Origin: Octopus sinensis
Lineage: Eukaryota
Direction of reading: 5' to 3'
Assembly (NCBI RefSeq): GCF_006345805.1
Contig: NC_043001.1
Coordinates: 9,920,001 to 9,984,000, forward strand
Length of the DNA stretch: 64,000 bases
The notes under the pieces were generated by a model. The model saw only the letters and a list, made by a program, of their open reading frames with translations. It ran no database searches and was not told the origin of the DNA. Below are positions 52,331 through 64,000 of this stretch, one piece after another. The position numbers and the translations under genes were made by a program. Position 1 is the stretch's first letter. Every line of letters begins with the position of its first letter.

Positions 52331-53705
52331 ATGAATGTAGAAATATGTTTATACAGCTACATTTTAAGCTTGAATTCTCTTGTAGATTGATAAATCATTA
52401 CAATTGATGTTGATGAAGCTGAAACAGCATAGTGTAATATAACTTGATACTAGGTTTGCTCAGGGCTTGTGGGTTTTTTGTCTGTAGTGACCTGAAAAAA
52501 TGTTATTTTTTAACCACGCTTAAGGGAATTACACAATTCTATAGACATGGTGACCTGAGAGGGTGTTTTAGAAAGTAAGTTTTATTCAAAATTGTTTTAA
52601 ATTGGTTGGGCCTGGAGCAAGGATCTGTGTCCATATCTTAGCTTCATGTTGATAGCTGCAGGAGTTTGGGCAAAGAAGCAATTCTAAAAGGAGGATTTGA
52701 CTGCTGTTTCTAGATAGTTAATTTAATATGGACTCATATATGTTATGTGTATACTAGCTTGGTCACTTTTACAATAGAGATATGGAAATAGAAAGCAATA
52801 TGAACATAGTAATGTAAATAAATGTTGAAAGATTGCGTCGGTGCAAATATACTCACCATTGTTATAAATTGTATAATAATTTTCAGAATTGCTTAACTAT
52901 GATAACACATATTTGAATAGATCATAAGATTTGATCTGTGAAGTAGTGTGCAATTTCCTCTGAATATCTCAGAATGATTGCTTCACTCTATATGTTTCTA
53001 AGGCAACAATTTATAATTAAGACCCTCTTGACAATACTACTGCAGACAACCTAATGTGATTGTATTCATTAAATGATTTTCGCTAGTTTTAGTTTTTATT
53101 TTAAAAAAATACATATATATTTATTCTGTGTAAGTCTGTTTCATTTCAAATATTTTCCCAATATTGTATTCCCCAACAGATAATATTAGTCAGCATTCAA
53201 CTAAAAATTAATAAATCTCAGGTTATGGAATCATGGTTTTGTTGTCTATATTGATTTAGACAAAATTGGAAACAATGCTATTTGTTTTCAGTTCCAGTTT
53301 ACAATCGTTCCCATTTTCAGATAATGGCAATAAAATCCCTATTATATCAGTCATTTTGACTAGGTAATCATTAAAACCGTTTGAATTCTATTGCTATCAA
53401 AGAACAAAGACATTTTAGTTAATTGTCTAACGAGTATAAATATTGATGACACTGTTATTGTTTTGTATGTGCATGAACACACGTGCATTCACAAATACAC
53501 TTAAGCACTTGCACATGTTCAAATACAGTTTCTTTTGATAAGGCTCAAGGTCAGTTTTTCAGGAGAGTATATGGCTTATAATGGAATTTTACATTACACC
53601 ACAATTATGTATTGATTCTTGTAGCATTTGAACCTTGAGTAATGATACATTGTACTTGATAAATATAGCAAAAAGCTCAGTGTACTATTTTGTGATTACA
53701 TCATG

Positions 53706-54123
53706 CTCCACCATTCAAGCGTGATCGTTACCAGCATCGCCTTAAAGAGCACCATCCGAGCGTGATCGTTGCCGGAGCGGCTATCTGGCCTCCGTGCTGG
53801 TGGCACGTAAAAGACACCATTCAAGCATGATCATTACCAGCATCGCCTTACTGGCACCTCTGCCATTGGCACGTGTAAAAAGATTAAAGCAAGGTCGTTG
53901 CTAGTACCGCTTGACTGGCCCCGTGCCGGTGGTACGTAAAAGCACCCACTACACTCTCAGAGTGGTTGGAGTTAGGAAGGGCATCAAGCTATAGAAACTC
54001 TGCCAGATCAAGATTGAAGCCTGGTGCAGCCATCTGGTTTGCCAGCCCTCAGTCAAATCGTCCAACCCATGCTAGCATGCAAATCAGACGTTAAACGACG
54101 ACGACGATGATGATAATGATGAT
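53706..54123 (+). mobile_element. SINE family C with 5' tandem modules and (GAC/GAT)n tail
   Basis: caccattcaagcgtgatcgttaccagc modules then aaaagcacccactacac. Confidence 0.85.
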
Positions 54124-54380
54124 GTGGCTTTGTGCAAGGTCTTGAGACAGATTGAATACATCCTCCATGTGACTTGCACATTCCCTTCATCAGCTGTTAA
54201 TTGGGAAGCACCATGATTTTGGCAGTACTGTTTCCTCCAGCAATGCTAAGCAATGTCGATTCTTTGAAGGACTGGTGGGATTTTTCTTATCCATGGGTGT
54301 TGCAAATCTTTCCCAAACTTACATCTTTTTATCTTTTACTTGTTTCAGTCATTGGACTGTGGCCATGCTGGGGTACTGCC

Positions 54381-54609
54381 TTAACCCTTTTGTTACTGTA
54401 TTTATTTTGAGATACTCTGTGTTTCTTTCAATTACTTTAGATATAACAAAGAATTTTGTAAAATAACTTGGTTATCATTCAGTTAGTGTTAGGAACATAA
54501 ATTGTGACTAAGGTTTGGTGGAAGATTTTAATTCAAAACTTATGAAAACAAAACATTTGTACTACAGAGCCAGAGGTGGTTTCAGGCAGGCTGGTATCAA
54601 AAGGATTAA
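54381..54609. mobile_element. piggyBac-type MITE, inverted homolog of 9076-9303
   Basis: TTAACCCTTTTGTTAC .. GTATCAAAAGGATTAA. Confidence 0.78.
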
Positions 54610-55569
54610 AGGGTTTAGTAGAACATATTGACCCCAGTGCATATTAAGTCTTGTATTTATTGTGTTGGTCACTTTTGCTAGCATGGGTTGGACGATTTGA
54701 CTGAGGTCTGGTGAACCAGACTCCAATCTCATCTGGCAGAGTTTCTACAGCTGGATGCCCTTCCTAACGCCAACCACTCCGAGAGTGTAGTGGGTGTTTT
54801 TACGTGCCACCGGCACAAGGGCCAGTTTGGTTGTACTGGCAACGGCCACGCCCAAATGGTGCTTTTTATGTGCCACCTGCACAGGAGCCAGTCCATTAAA
54901 TTTCTACTGAGTTTCTACCAAGTTTTTATGCCACACAGTCCAGGAGCTGAAGTTAGTCATGAATCCAACTTTGGATCCACTCATGAAATGAAGGTATGTG
55001 CTAATCACATGAATTAATCTCCGTACATTTTGAGTACTTTTCTAACTTGGAGCAAAGATTTAGTAAAGGCAACAATAAATCTTAGAAGGTAGATGTTCTG
55101 TTTGAAATGTGTGTTGCATTTTGTATTGATTATGTAAGCCCATTGCTCTCTTATGCTGAAATATAGGAATCTGATTTTTAATTTTTAAACTTGTATCTCT
55201 CTCGCATATTAAGCAGGTACAAAATCATTTCTTTTGTATGTATAAAAGAATATACATCATTCAAGTTGTGTATAACACTGAATTGCACTACTTCTCTAAT
55301 AACACAAATCCATTTTTGCATAACTACTTCACTTATGTTCCTTGTTCATTAAATCTGGCTTAAATATGTCAAACATTTAACCCTTTTACAAAACAGGTGG
55401 TATATTTCTAATGAAATAACATTATTTCATTACGAAGATGTACTTGCATAGCGAGTGACTTGATCTGAAATCGTGTGCTGGAACGAAAACAATTGCAGCA
55501 TGGAAGATGTTTATAAGCCATTTAAGGAACACGCAAAACCATTAGATTCACTTCAATATTTAAATTTAA

Positions 55570-55620
55570 TTTGTCAAAATTTTTTCGGCGCTTTGAGACC
55601 GCAACCTGTTCACTGACAAA
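55570..55620 (-). ncRNA. type I hammerhead variant with G3:C8 core, in short element ~55436-55632
   Basis: UUUGUCA GUGAACA GGUUGC ggucucaaa GCGCC GAAA AAAUU U UGACAAA: perfect 7-bp stem I, G3-C8 covariation, stem II, GAAA. Confidence 0.65.
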
Positions 55621-55939
55621 ACTTTGTGCTATTAATCTTTAAAATAATCATGAATTTAATAGAATTTTATGAACTAAGTAACCTTTTCTAATATTTAATT
55701 GATGATTCTTTCGATTCTGAGTTCATATAACACTAGGATCAGTTTTTCCTTTTGTCCTTCCAAGGTCAACAAAATAAAACCTCAGTCAATTACTGGTATC
55801 CATCTTTCTTCTTTTTGCCCTTTTCAAGCCTAGCCAGGCTCATGGGCCCGGTTTCCCAGTTTCTGTGGCATATGTGTTCCCCCCCCCCAGCTGGATGGGA
55901 AACCAGTCTATCACAGCGTTACTCAAAAAACAGGAAGAG

Positions 55940-56125
55940 AGAGTGAGAAAAAGTTGTGGCAAAAGAGTACAACTGGGGTTGCCACCAGCCCCTGTCAGAG
56001 CCTTGTGGAGCTTTTAGGTGTTTTCACTCAATAAACACATACAACGCCTGGTCTGGGAATCGAAACCGTGATCCTCTAACCGTGAGCCCACTGCCCTAAC
56101 CACCGTGCCATTGCGCCTCCACAAC
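55940..56125 (-). mobile_element. SINE family E copy, partial
   Basis: Reverse complement of ggaggcgcaatggcacggtggttagggcag..cgattcccagacc. Confidence 0.8.
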
Positions 56126-57045
56126 TCGTATCCATAATATCACCTAAACCCCTTTTCTAGAATATCACACCTATGTTAGGAACATTTTGAACATGTGTTT
56201 AGCAATAGGTTGTTATTACAGGAAGATATGAGGGGAAACATGAGCACTTTAATTTGAAACGTTTTGTAGCATCGGACCTGAAGCTGTGTCAGGCAGGTTG
56301 GTCTAATTGGGGTTAAGCGATTCAAGTCATTGATTATGCTGTATAGGAAAGTAATGCAGTTAGTTTGTTTTTGAGGAAAGCATCAAATAGACAATTCAAA
56401 AACAAAAATGATCATTGATTTCTTTTAATTTTATACAATTTAGAGAAACTGCAAATTTCTTTTTCTTTTTTTTTTTTCTTCCAACAAGTAGGTTTTACGT
56501 TTTTGTTTGGTTTTTTTTTTGTGTTCTTGCATTGATTGGTGGTCTCGATAGTCAACAGGAAAATATAATTATTCACCAGACAATGAAGTTTAAGCTTAAG
56601 GAGACAATTTCTTTACTTGATTCCCCCCCCCCGCCACCACCACCCGCCACCACCATTATCACTGCTTGCTCGAGTTCAAAGTTGAGAGCTTTTAAATAAA
56701 AGTATCCATGGAGTGAAGATTTTCAGAACTGCGTTTAAAGCAGGGAGAGACGTTAAGATGAATATTTGTGATTGTTAATAACAGACCTGAGAAAAGAAAA
56801 TGTATTTATTTCATATTTGCACAATGTAAATAAGCTTGCTGAAAATTCATAACTTTCTTAAATTGACAATATTGGCAAGACTGACAAAACCTGGTAATAG
56901 ATTATGGTAGGATGCTAACCATCTTGGAAATTTAAATGGTAAAATTACCACTCAAAGGTCATTTTAGGTCTGCTTCAGACAACTTTGAATGTCATAAATT
57001 CATGATTGGTTATAACAAGCTTGTGATATATAAAAAAATGTTATA

Positions 57046-57458
57046 TAGGAGTGGCTGTGTGGTAAGAAGCTTGCATACCAACCACATGGTTCTGGGTTCA
57101 GTCCCACTGCGTGGCACCTTAGGCAAGTGTCTTCTACTATAGCCTCGGGCTGACCAAAGCCTTGTGAGTGGATTTGGTAGACGGAAACTGAAAAAAGTCC
57201 ATCGTATATATGTACATATATATATATATATATGTATGTGCATGTATATATGTTTGTGTGTCTGTGTTTGTCCCCCCAACATCGCTTGACAACCGATGCT
57301 GGTGTGTTTACATCCCCATAACTTAGCAGTTCGGCAAAAGAGACTGATAGAATAAGTACTAGGCTTACAAAGAATAAGTCCTGGTGTCGATTTGCTCGAC
57401 TAAAGGCTGTGCTCCAGCATGGCCACAGTCACATGACTGAAACAAGTAAAATAGATAA
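57046..57458 (+). mobile_element. SINE family A copy, well preserved
   Basis: Full layout followed by (TA)n. Confidence 0.92.
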
Positions 57459-57461
57459 AGA

Positions 57462-57523
<62 letters not shown>

Positions 57524-57904
57524 ATATATATATATGTGCATTTGTACATACAGATATTTGTTTTAGCTTAGGAGGTATTGTTATTGATCTAAAGTAAATA
57601 GTTAACTCTATCCTTATTATCATTTAATATATTACTAAAGTGATATCTGTTTTTCGCTTGGCGTTGGTTAGAAATGTTTGAAGCGTTGGTCTGCTGTTAG
57701 CTTTGCTCTTCATTTATTTATTCTGTGTATGCTTTAGCTATTATCTTCTTCAGCCATTAATAACTACTAAATTGCTTGTATGAACGTTTTCTTAAACCAT
57801 AGAAAATCATGGTTTATAACTAGAATTGGCTGATCTGTGGCTAAGCAACAAGTGCATGCTCATTATTATCCCTTCTAGAAATTACAGAAATTGTTTTATT
57901 TTAG

Positions 57905-57985
57905 ATGAGGATGGAGTCAGGTGTCCTGTACCCATGATCTTTGCTGGCCCTCCAAACAGCTGCGATAGATGTGATGTTGATTGGT
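57905..57985 (+). CDS. candidate coding exon (81 nt, phase 1-1), Cys-rich peptide of unknown family
   Basis: ttgttttattttag| (D)EDGVRCPVPMIFAGPPNSCDRCDVDW |gtaagg; only one open frame; GC-richer than flanks; the frame also stays open past the donor (possible later donor near 58029). Confidence 0.4.
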
Positions 57986-58765
57986 GTAAGGCTTTGGTGA
58001 AGAGACAATTAGTGCCAAGAAGAGGAGAAGTATTGAATTTTGTTGAGAGTCACCAATTGATCCAAAATGAAATATTTCTCAATAAAATCTGCCTCTTAAA
58101 GACTAGATTCTTTGTTATTATGCTATGTAGGATTACCTGGAGAGATTATCACAAATTGTGAGATCTACTATTTGTAGTGGCTTCAGGAATTTTCTGTTGT
58201 TATAACTTGAGATAGTTTATTTGGTAAGAGCAGTGACTGTCTTTGATAAAAGAACTATTCCATTATTTTATTTGAAATCAATACCCACCCTCTCTCTCTT
58301 TCTCTCTCACAGGCATTCTTGTATATAAAAAGCTCATTAGTATCTATTAATTAAAAGTATTTTAACGTAGTTGTTATACTTTGAGCTTGCTGGAATATTT
58401 CATCACTTTTATCGATTTACTTAGCAAAAGATTTTGAAGTTAGATTGATATTTTAATACCAACTGAAATTTTAATCTAAATTTTCTTTGGTTAGAACTAA
58501 TACTTTTAAGTTATTTCATTAATTTCAACACAAGCATTTCACAGGTGAAGTTCACAATATTCAGGATAATTAATAATCAACACATCAATTAAATTCCATA
58601 CAGTTCATGCTATTCTAAAATATTACTCTTTAGCTTTTTTGATGTTTCGTTTTATGTCTGCTTTTGAAAGAATTTTCATCTTCATGTATTTTGTATGGAT
58701 TCTAGGAAAATGTGTACTAGACTTTCTGGATTGTTTAATTATGTATGTGTATATTTTGTTTTATG

Positions 58766-58797
<32 letters not shown>

Positions 58798-59078
58798 TTT
58801 CTTGTACCAATAGTTTCTGGTAGTAGTCACAAAAGGTAATCTTGAATAGACCACACCAGTTGCAGCTAACAGTGGTGCATCCCATCTTCGTTTAGAGCTA
58901 ACGAAGATTATTGATACTATTATTACTTTTGTGTGAATTTATTTTGTATGTAATCAATCTGAGTGGGGGAAGTTTCTACAGGTGTTGCAGACACGTTAGG
59001 TGTGAATGTGATGACAGGGACTGATGGTTGGTGTTTGCTGTGACAAAAAACTGATCCTTCACAAGTCAAGGTCATCTT

Positions 59079-59230
59079 TTATTTCCTCCGCCAAGGAAGG
59101 GGGTTATGTTTGCATCAGTGTTGGTTTGTCTGTCTGTCCGTCTGTGTGCAAAAGAACTCAAAAAGTTGTGAACGGTATTTGATGAAACTTGCAGGAAAAG
59201 TTGGTAATGACACAAGGAAGAGGGTTATCA
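59079..59230 (+). mobile_element. Helentron-associated (HINE/DINE-like) 5' fragment
   Basis: TTATTTCCTCCGCCAAGGAAGGGGGTTATGTTT..GTCTGTCTGTCCGTCTGT..AACTCAAAAAGTT is typical of non-autonomous Helentrons. Confidence 0.65.
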
Positions 59231-59256
59231 TTCATTTAACGCCTGACTTCCATGCT

Positions 59257-59460
59257 GGTGTGTGTGTGTGTACGTGTGTGTACATGTGTGTGTGTACATG
59301 TGTATGTGTGTATGTGTACGTGTGTGTGTGTACGTGTGTGTGTGTGTACATGTGTGTGTGTACGTGTGTGTGTGTACATGTGTGTGTGTATGTGTGTGTG
59401 TGTACGTGTGTGTGTGTGTGCACGTGTGTGTGTGTGGTGTGTGTGTGTGTGTCTGTATAC
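59257..59460. repeat. (GT)n microsatellite with GTAC interruptions
   Basis: Direct reading. Confidence 0.97.
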
Positions 59461-59980
59461 ATGTGTGAGAGTGTACCATTTTGTAGATTCTGCTTTGAAA
59501 TCTAGGTGTATTTTGAAAATAATATTTCATAACCTTTAGCACTTTGATAAAGTGTGATCGGTTAGGTGTGCACTTAGATGTGCATTTGTATTTTCTTGAC
59601 AGATAAGTTTAGATGTAGAATATTAATGTCTTATCTAAGGGGGGAAGAATGACTTTGCTGTTCATACTTTTCTAAAAAGTCTTACTGATGAAACTGAGAC
59701 ATATTTTCATCTCGCTAAAAGCTTATCTCTACTCATAATTAATTAATTTGAAAAGTGGAGAGTTATTGGAATAAGTAGAAAACAGTGAAAATTAGAATAA
59801 CGAAATTTTCTTAAAATACCTCAAAATGCTTGTTGACTAAGCATTTCTGCTGTAGTACGAATTGATCATTTATCTACTAAGCCAGCAGCCTACTACTGAA
59901 CCATCCTGCTTTGTATATTTCCTGCTCAATTGAGTGAAGTTGCCTCCCGTGTTTGCTGAGCAAAACAATAATCATCATCG

Positions 59981-60251
59981 TCATCATCATTATCGTTTAA
60001 CGTCCGTTTTCCGTGCTAGCACGGGTTGGACGGTTCGACTGGGGCCTGGGAAGCCAGGGGCTGCACCAGGCTCCAGTCTGATCTGGCAGTGTTTCTACAG
60101 CTGGATGCCCTTCCTAACGCCAACCACTCCGCGAGTGTAGTGGGTGCTTTTTATGTGCCACCGGCACAGGTGCCAGGGGAGTCTGGCATCGGCCACGATC
60201 GGTTGGTGCTTTTAACGTGCCACCGGCACGGAAGCCAGCCAAGGCGGCGCT
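59981..60251 (-). mobile_element. SINE family C copy
   Basis: tcatcattatcgtttaacgtccgttttccgtgctagcacgggttgg. Confidence 0.88.
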
Positions 60252-60639
60252 ATGAAATTATTGTATACAGTGATCAGGTGCACCACAACTTGTCAAAAGT
60301 GGGAATAAGGCAGATGCAGTAATGTACAAATGTCTGGGAAGCGAACAGTGTATGAATCAGATACATGCTTGCGTGTGTATGGCGGGGAGAAAATCAGGTG
60401 TAGTGTTGGCAAATCTCAGGATGCATGGAAGTTTTGAAGGATGCAGTCCTCCGACAACTAACAACTGATGCTGGCTGTTTGTTCCATGCTTCAGCAACTC
60501 TTAGTGTGAAAAAATGTTTCCGAAAGTCATGGGAGCTGTACTGTTTTCTGACTTTGTAAACATGTCCACGGGTGTTAGACAGATGGAGTTTGAAAGGGTG
60601 CTCAGAGTTATTATTTGTAAAATGGTTGATAATTTTATA
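60252..60639 (-). pseudogene. CR1/L2-clade LINE 3' end (ORF2 C-terminus 60639-60394 plus UTR)
   Basis: YKIINHF..NTRGHVYKVRKQYSSHDFRKHFFTLRVAEAWNKQPASVV..ASFK matches the CR1-type TRGH..K..R..FF..RV...WN.LP..VV..FK motif; missing from the ORF track because it has no ATG. Confidence 0.85.
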
Positions 60640-60835
60640 TTAGTTAATTCCTAATATATTTTATTAAACACTACGTTTGACTCCAGTGTGTTATTTCTTG
60701 TGTTGAAAACGTTACAAGTAATCAAATCTACATTTTTATGTTGTAAATTTAGTTTAGTTCAGTGCCTAGGGTTACATAATTGTCTTTGCGCTGGAGTCTG
60801 AACTGACAACTTAATTGACTTGATCATTCTGTAGA

Positions 60836-61366
60836 TACTCTTTTACTTGTTTCAGTTATTTGACTGTAGCCATGCTGGAGCACCACCTTTAGTCGAGCAA
60901 ATTGACCCCAGGACTTGCTCTTTGTAAGCCTAGTACTTATTTTATCGGTCTCTTTTGCTGAACCACTAAGTTATTGGGACATAACACAAACATACACACA
61001 TACATATATATATATATATAGTGAAGGTGCATGGCTCAGTGGTTAGAGCGTCGAGCTTACGATCGTGAGGTTGTGAGCTCGAATCCCGGACCGGGCTGCG
61101 TGTTGTGTTCTTGAGCAAGACACTTTATTTCACGTTGCTCCAGTTCACTCAGCTGTAGAATTGAGTTGCGACGTCACTGGTGCCAAGCTGTATCGACCTT
61201 TGTCTTTCCCTTGGATAACACTGGTGGTGTGGAGAGGGGAGGCCGGTATGCATGGGCGACTGCTGGTCTTCCATAAACAACCTTGCCCGGACTTGTGTCT
61301 AGGAGGGTAACTTTCTAGGTGCAATCCCATGGTCATTCATGACCGAAGGGGGTCTTTACCTTTTTT

Positions 61367-61406
<40 letters not shown>

Positions 61407-61736
61407 TTTGCGAAGGTGTCATTAATTCTATTATTATCCAATGTAACTATTTTCTGTAGTTTTCATCAGTGTATCTTTTGGCGATTTAATAAGAGTTTTG
61501 ACTGTTATTTCAAACAGGTAGACATACTTAGTATGTCCTTTGATTAATTTTAAATTATATATATATATACATATATACGACGGGCTTCTTTAAGTTTTCG
61601 TCTACCAAATCCACTCACAAGGCTTTGGTCGGCCCGAGGCTATAGTAGAAGACACTTGCCCAAGGTGTCATGCACTGGAACTGAACCCGGAACCATGTGG
61701 TTGGTAAGCAAGCTACTTACCACACAGCCACTCCTA
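60836..61736 (-). mobile_element. SINE family A split by insertions into its microsatellite
   Basis: Tail ~60836-61000 and head ~61570-61736 flank SINE D and a ~160-bp unique insert. Confidence 0.8.
61022..61365 (+). mobile_element. SINE family D, well preserved
   Basis: tggctcagtggttagagc A-box, gagctcgaatccc B-box, tgtgttcttgagcaagacactt. Confidence 0.88.
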
Positions 61737-64000
61737 CTTTATTTTGAAATATATTCTGTTGGTCATTTCTTAGTATGTTGTTTTTTAAAAATGTGCTTTT
61801 GTCTTAAACTGTTTCTGTGATAATCATAATTCCTTTTAAAGAGCTATGCGAACCGGTGGAGCTATCGGCTTTACATCGACAAGTTTGTGTACCTATGTTA
61901 ACTTTTGAAGCATGAATGAAGTTGAAATATTCTAAAATATAGACTTGCTGCAGCTGTATCTGCTTAGTATTCGACTTTGTCAGCTGAAACTAGTGTTTAC
62001 ATCTATAATTAACTGCATTAGAAAGAAACTGTATAGCATTCTGATTAGTGTTCAAATTTTAATGTAGTAGATTTAGTAGTTTAAATACTAGAACTGCAAA
62101 CAATTTATGGTTTATTCCTGATCGGTAGTGTATATACTAGGTGAAATTGAATGTTTGAAATTTGACCTGCAATCGTGTTTTGCGAGTTGATTGATATTTT
62201 TCCCCTCTCCCCCCTCCTGTCTCTGATAAATCGATAGGAAAAGAAAACTAGCTAGGAAGAGACTAATGTCATGTCAGAAGAAATGTGCTTGAAGGGATAT
62301 TTAGGAATCAGCATAAATTGCTTTAAATAGGAACATCTAAATTTACTTTAAATAACAATTCTACTAAAGTCCTTTAAGGAATTGTTTCTACTTTTATTCC
62401 ACTCAGTCTCCATTGTTTCTGTAAAACATATTGGCAATCATATTGCCCCTGCGCTGCACTATACTGCTATACTTACATCTTAAATATTTGATTTCTGTAT
62501 AAATGCTAGGTCAGGGTTTAGAAATTGCATTGCTGATGGTGTACTTTGTATGTGTACATAAAGCAGATTAGATCTCACCGTTTTAAAATTTTGGTAATAT
62601 TGGTCTATGAAACTACAGGATTTCCTAAATTACATTCTACTTCTTTTTAAAATTTTTTTCATTATTTACCATTCTTTTCTCTTTTTTTTTTTCCTGTTTT
62701 ATTATGCTACCAGTTGAATAGAGTTGAAAATCAGATAATTGTATTATTGAATGCAACAAGATGTCTTGACAACAAACTAACAGTCGACTATGTAATAGGA
62801 TCTAATTTTAGTCAACTAAGACATTTAATGTGATGTATTTATAGCGTAGAATTAAACCTGTGAGTTCTTGTCGGGGCTGGAAATTGCAATAAACAAACTC
62901 TTCTTTGGTTTAATTTCAATCACAAAATAATTTTCTTTTAAATAAACAAAAGCATTGACTATTGAAATATTTCAATGAACACATTCGAAAATATGCAAGA
63001 CTCTACATAACAGATATTGTTTGTTTTTTTTTGTTGTTGTTTTTCTTTCATTCTTTCCTAGGTGTGTTCCACATTTCATTTAACACCTGATATTATAATC
63101 TTGGACTAAATTTTTCTATATCTCTCTCTCTCTCTCCTTGTAAATACACACACATGTAGTCTGAAATATTACTACAATTCCAAACACTGTTCTTCTGTGC
63201 TTCTATTCATCACATAACAACTTCTCTTATCAGTTTAGATTATTTCAGGAAAGATAATTGAAACTTTTGCTGTCACTTGTGTTGCTTGCTATTGATTAAA
63301 TAACAAAGAACTGACTAAATTATTGATCTTTAGTTTAGATTCTTAGGCATTCATTTTCAAGCTCAGATAGATATAAGACTTCTTAGTTACAGTACATAAC
63401 GTCGCACTTCAGCTGCCGATTTGCTTCACTAGTTTTTATTTCAAGACGGCTGGTATATGACTTTGATCATATTTCAAACAGCTTTTGAATTTTTGCCAAC
63501 TTTGATGTTAGGAGGAAAAATCATAGAATTTATTTTAGGTTACTCAGACATAGACATTTAAGTGAGTTTTATGAGGATTATTTGAATTGCTTAACAATCT
63601 GTTGCTAATTATCCATTTGATGATCCCGTGTAATCAGGATGATTTTTGTCAAAATGATGTTTGTTTATTTATTTGATATTTAATTTCCCTCGGTTTTACT
63701 GAATAGTACTTGAAAAAAAAGTTAACTGAATTGTAATAATAGTCAATTATTAAATTATTCCTTTGATTTCTTGAGTACCCCCAAAGATTTATTAGCAATT
63801 ATAGCTAATGAAATTAATAGAGAATAAGTGATCATAGATGTGTACAGAAACAGCGATTAATTTTGATTTCTTTTGAAATGTTTTTAGAACACAAGCAAAT
63901 TTTGATTAACAAAATAATGCTGTAATCCGTTCACAACCTAATTCTTTTGTTGCTGACTGGGATTAAATTAACGAAGAAGGAATATGTTAAGAATATCTTG

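Noticed and set aside
61022-61095. tRNA genes (also 24300, 3399, 14998, 23866, 35259)
   Set aside because: Acceptor stems are incomplete and each continues into a repeated SINE body
61440-61480. Minus-strand CUGAUGA followed by a 5-bp stem
   Set aside because: No GAAA after the stem and no stem I

Overview
AT-rich, repeat-dense eukaryotic DNA. The repeat landscape (tRNA-derived CORE-like, Deu/Nin-like and RTE-tailed SINEs, very long (TA)n tracts, TTAA MITEs) is what I associate with octopod cephalopod genomes; this is an inference. No intact, identifiable protein-coding gene is present. Nearly all ORFs in the track are microsatellite or SINE artefacts, and only a few unassigned candidate exons remain. 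Recognisable coding remnants all come from transposons: a duplicated Penelope-like (PLE) GIY-YIG endonuclease fragment, an RTE 3' end, a CR1/L2-type 3' end and a mariner N-terminus. The main result is a set of hammerhead-ribozyme (HHR) motifs in short, mutually unrelated, apparently PLE-derived elements at about 7.5, 8.4, 11.0, 11.7, 20.2, 35.0 and 55.6 kb. They show C3:G8, G3:C8 and U3:A8 core variants. One of them (34.9-35.4 kb) has a tRNA-derived Pol III head joined to an HHR tail plus a PLE-style inverted 5' copy, so it looks like a PLE-mobilised SINE. Other notable structures are a SINE multimer enclosed by a single 14-bp TSD, a ~1 kb and a ~220 bp near-perfect palindrome, and a central CpG-rich domain flanked by CpG-decayed DNA. 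SINE family labels A-E are my own working names; most repeat boundaries are approximate.
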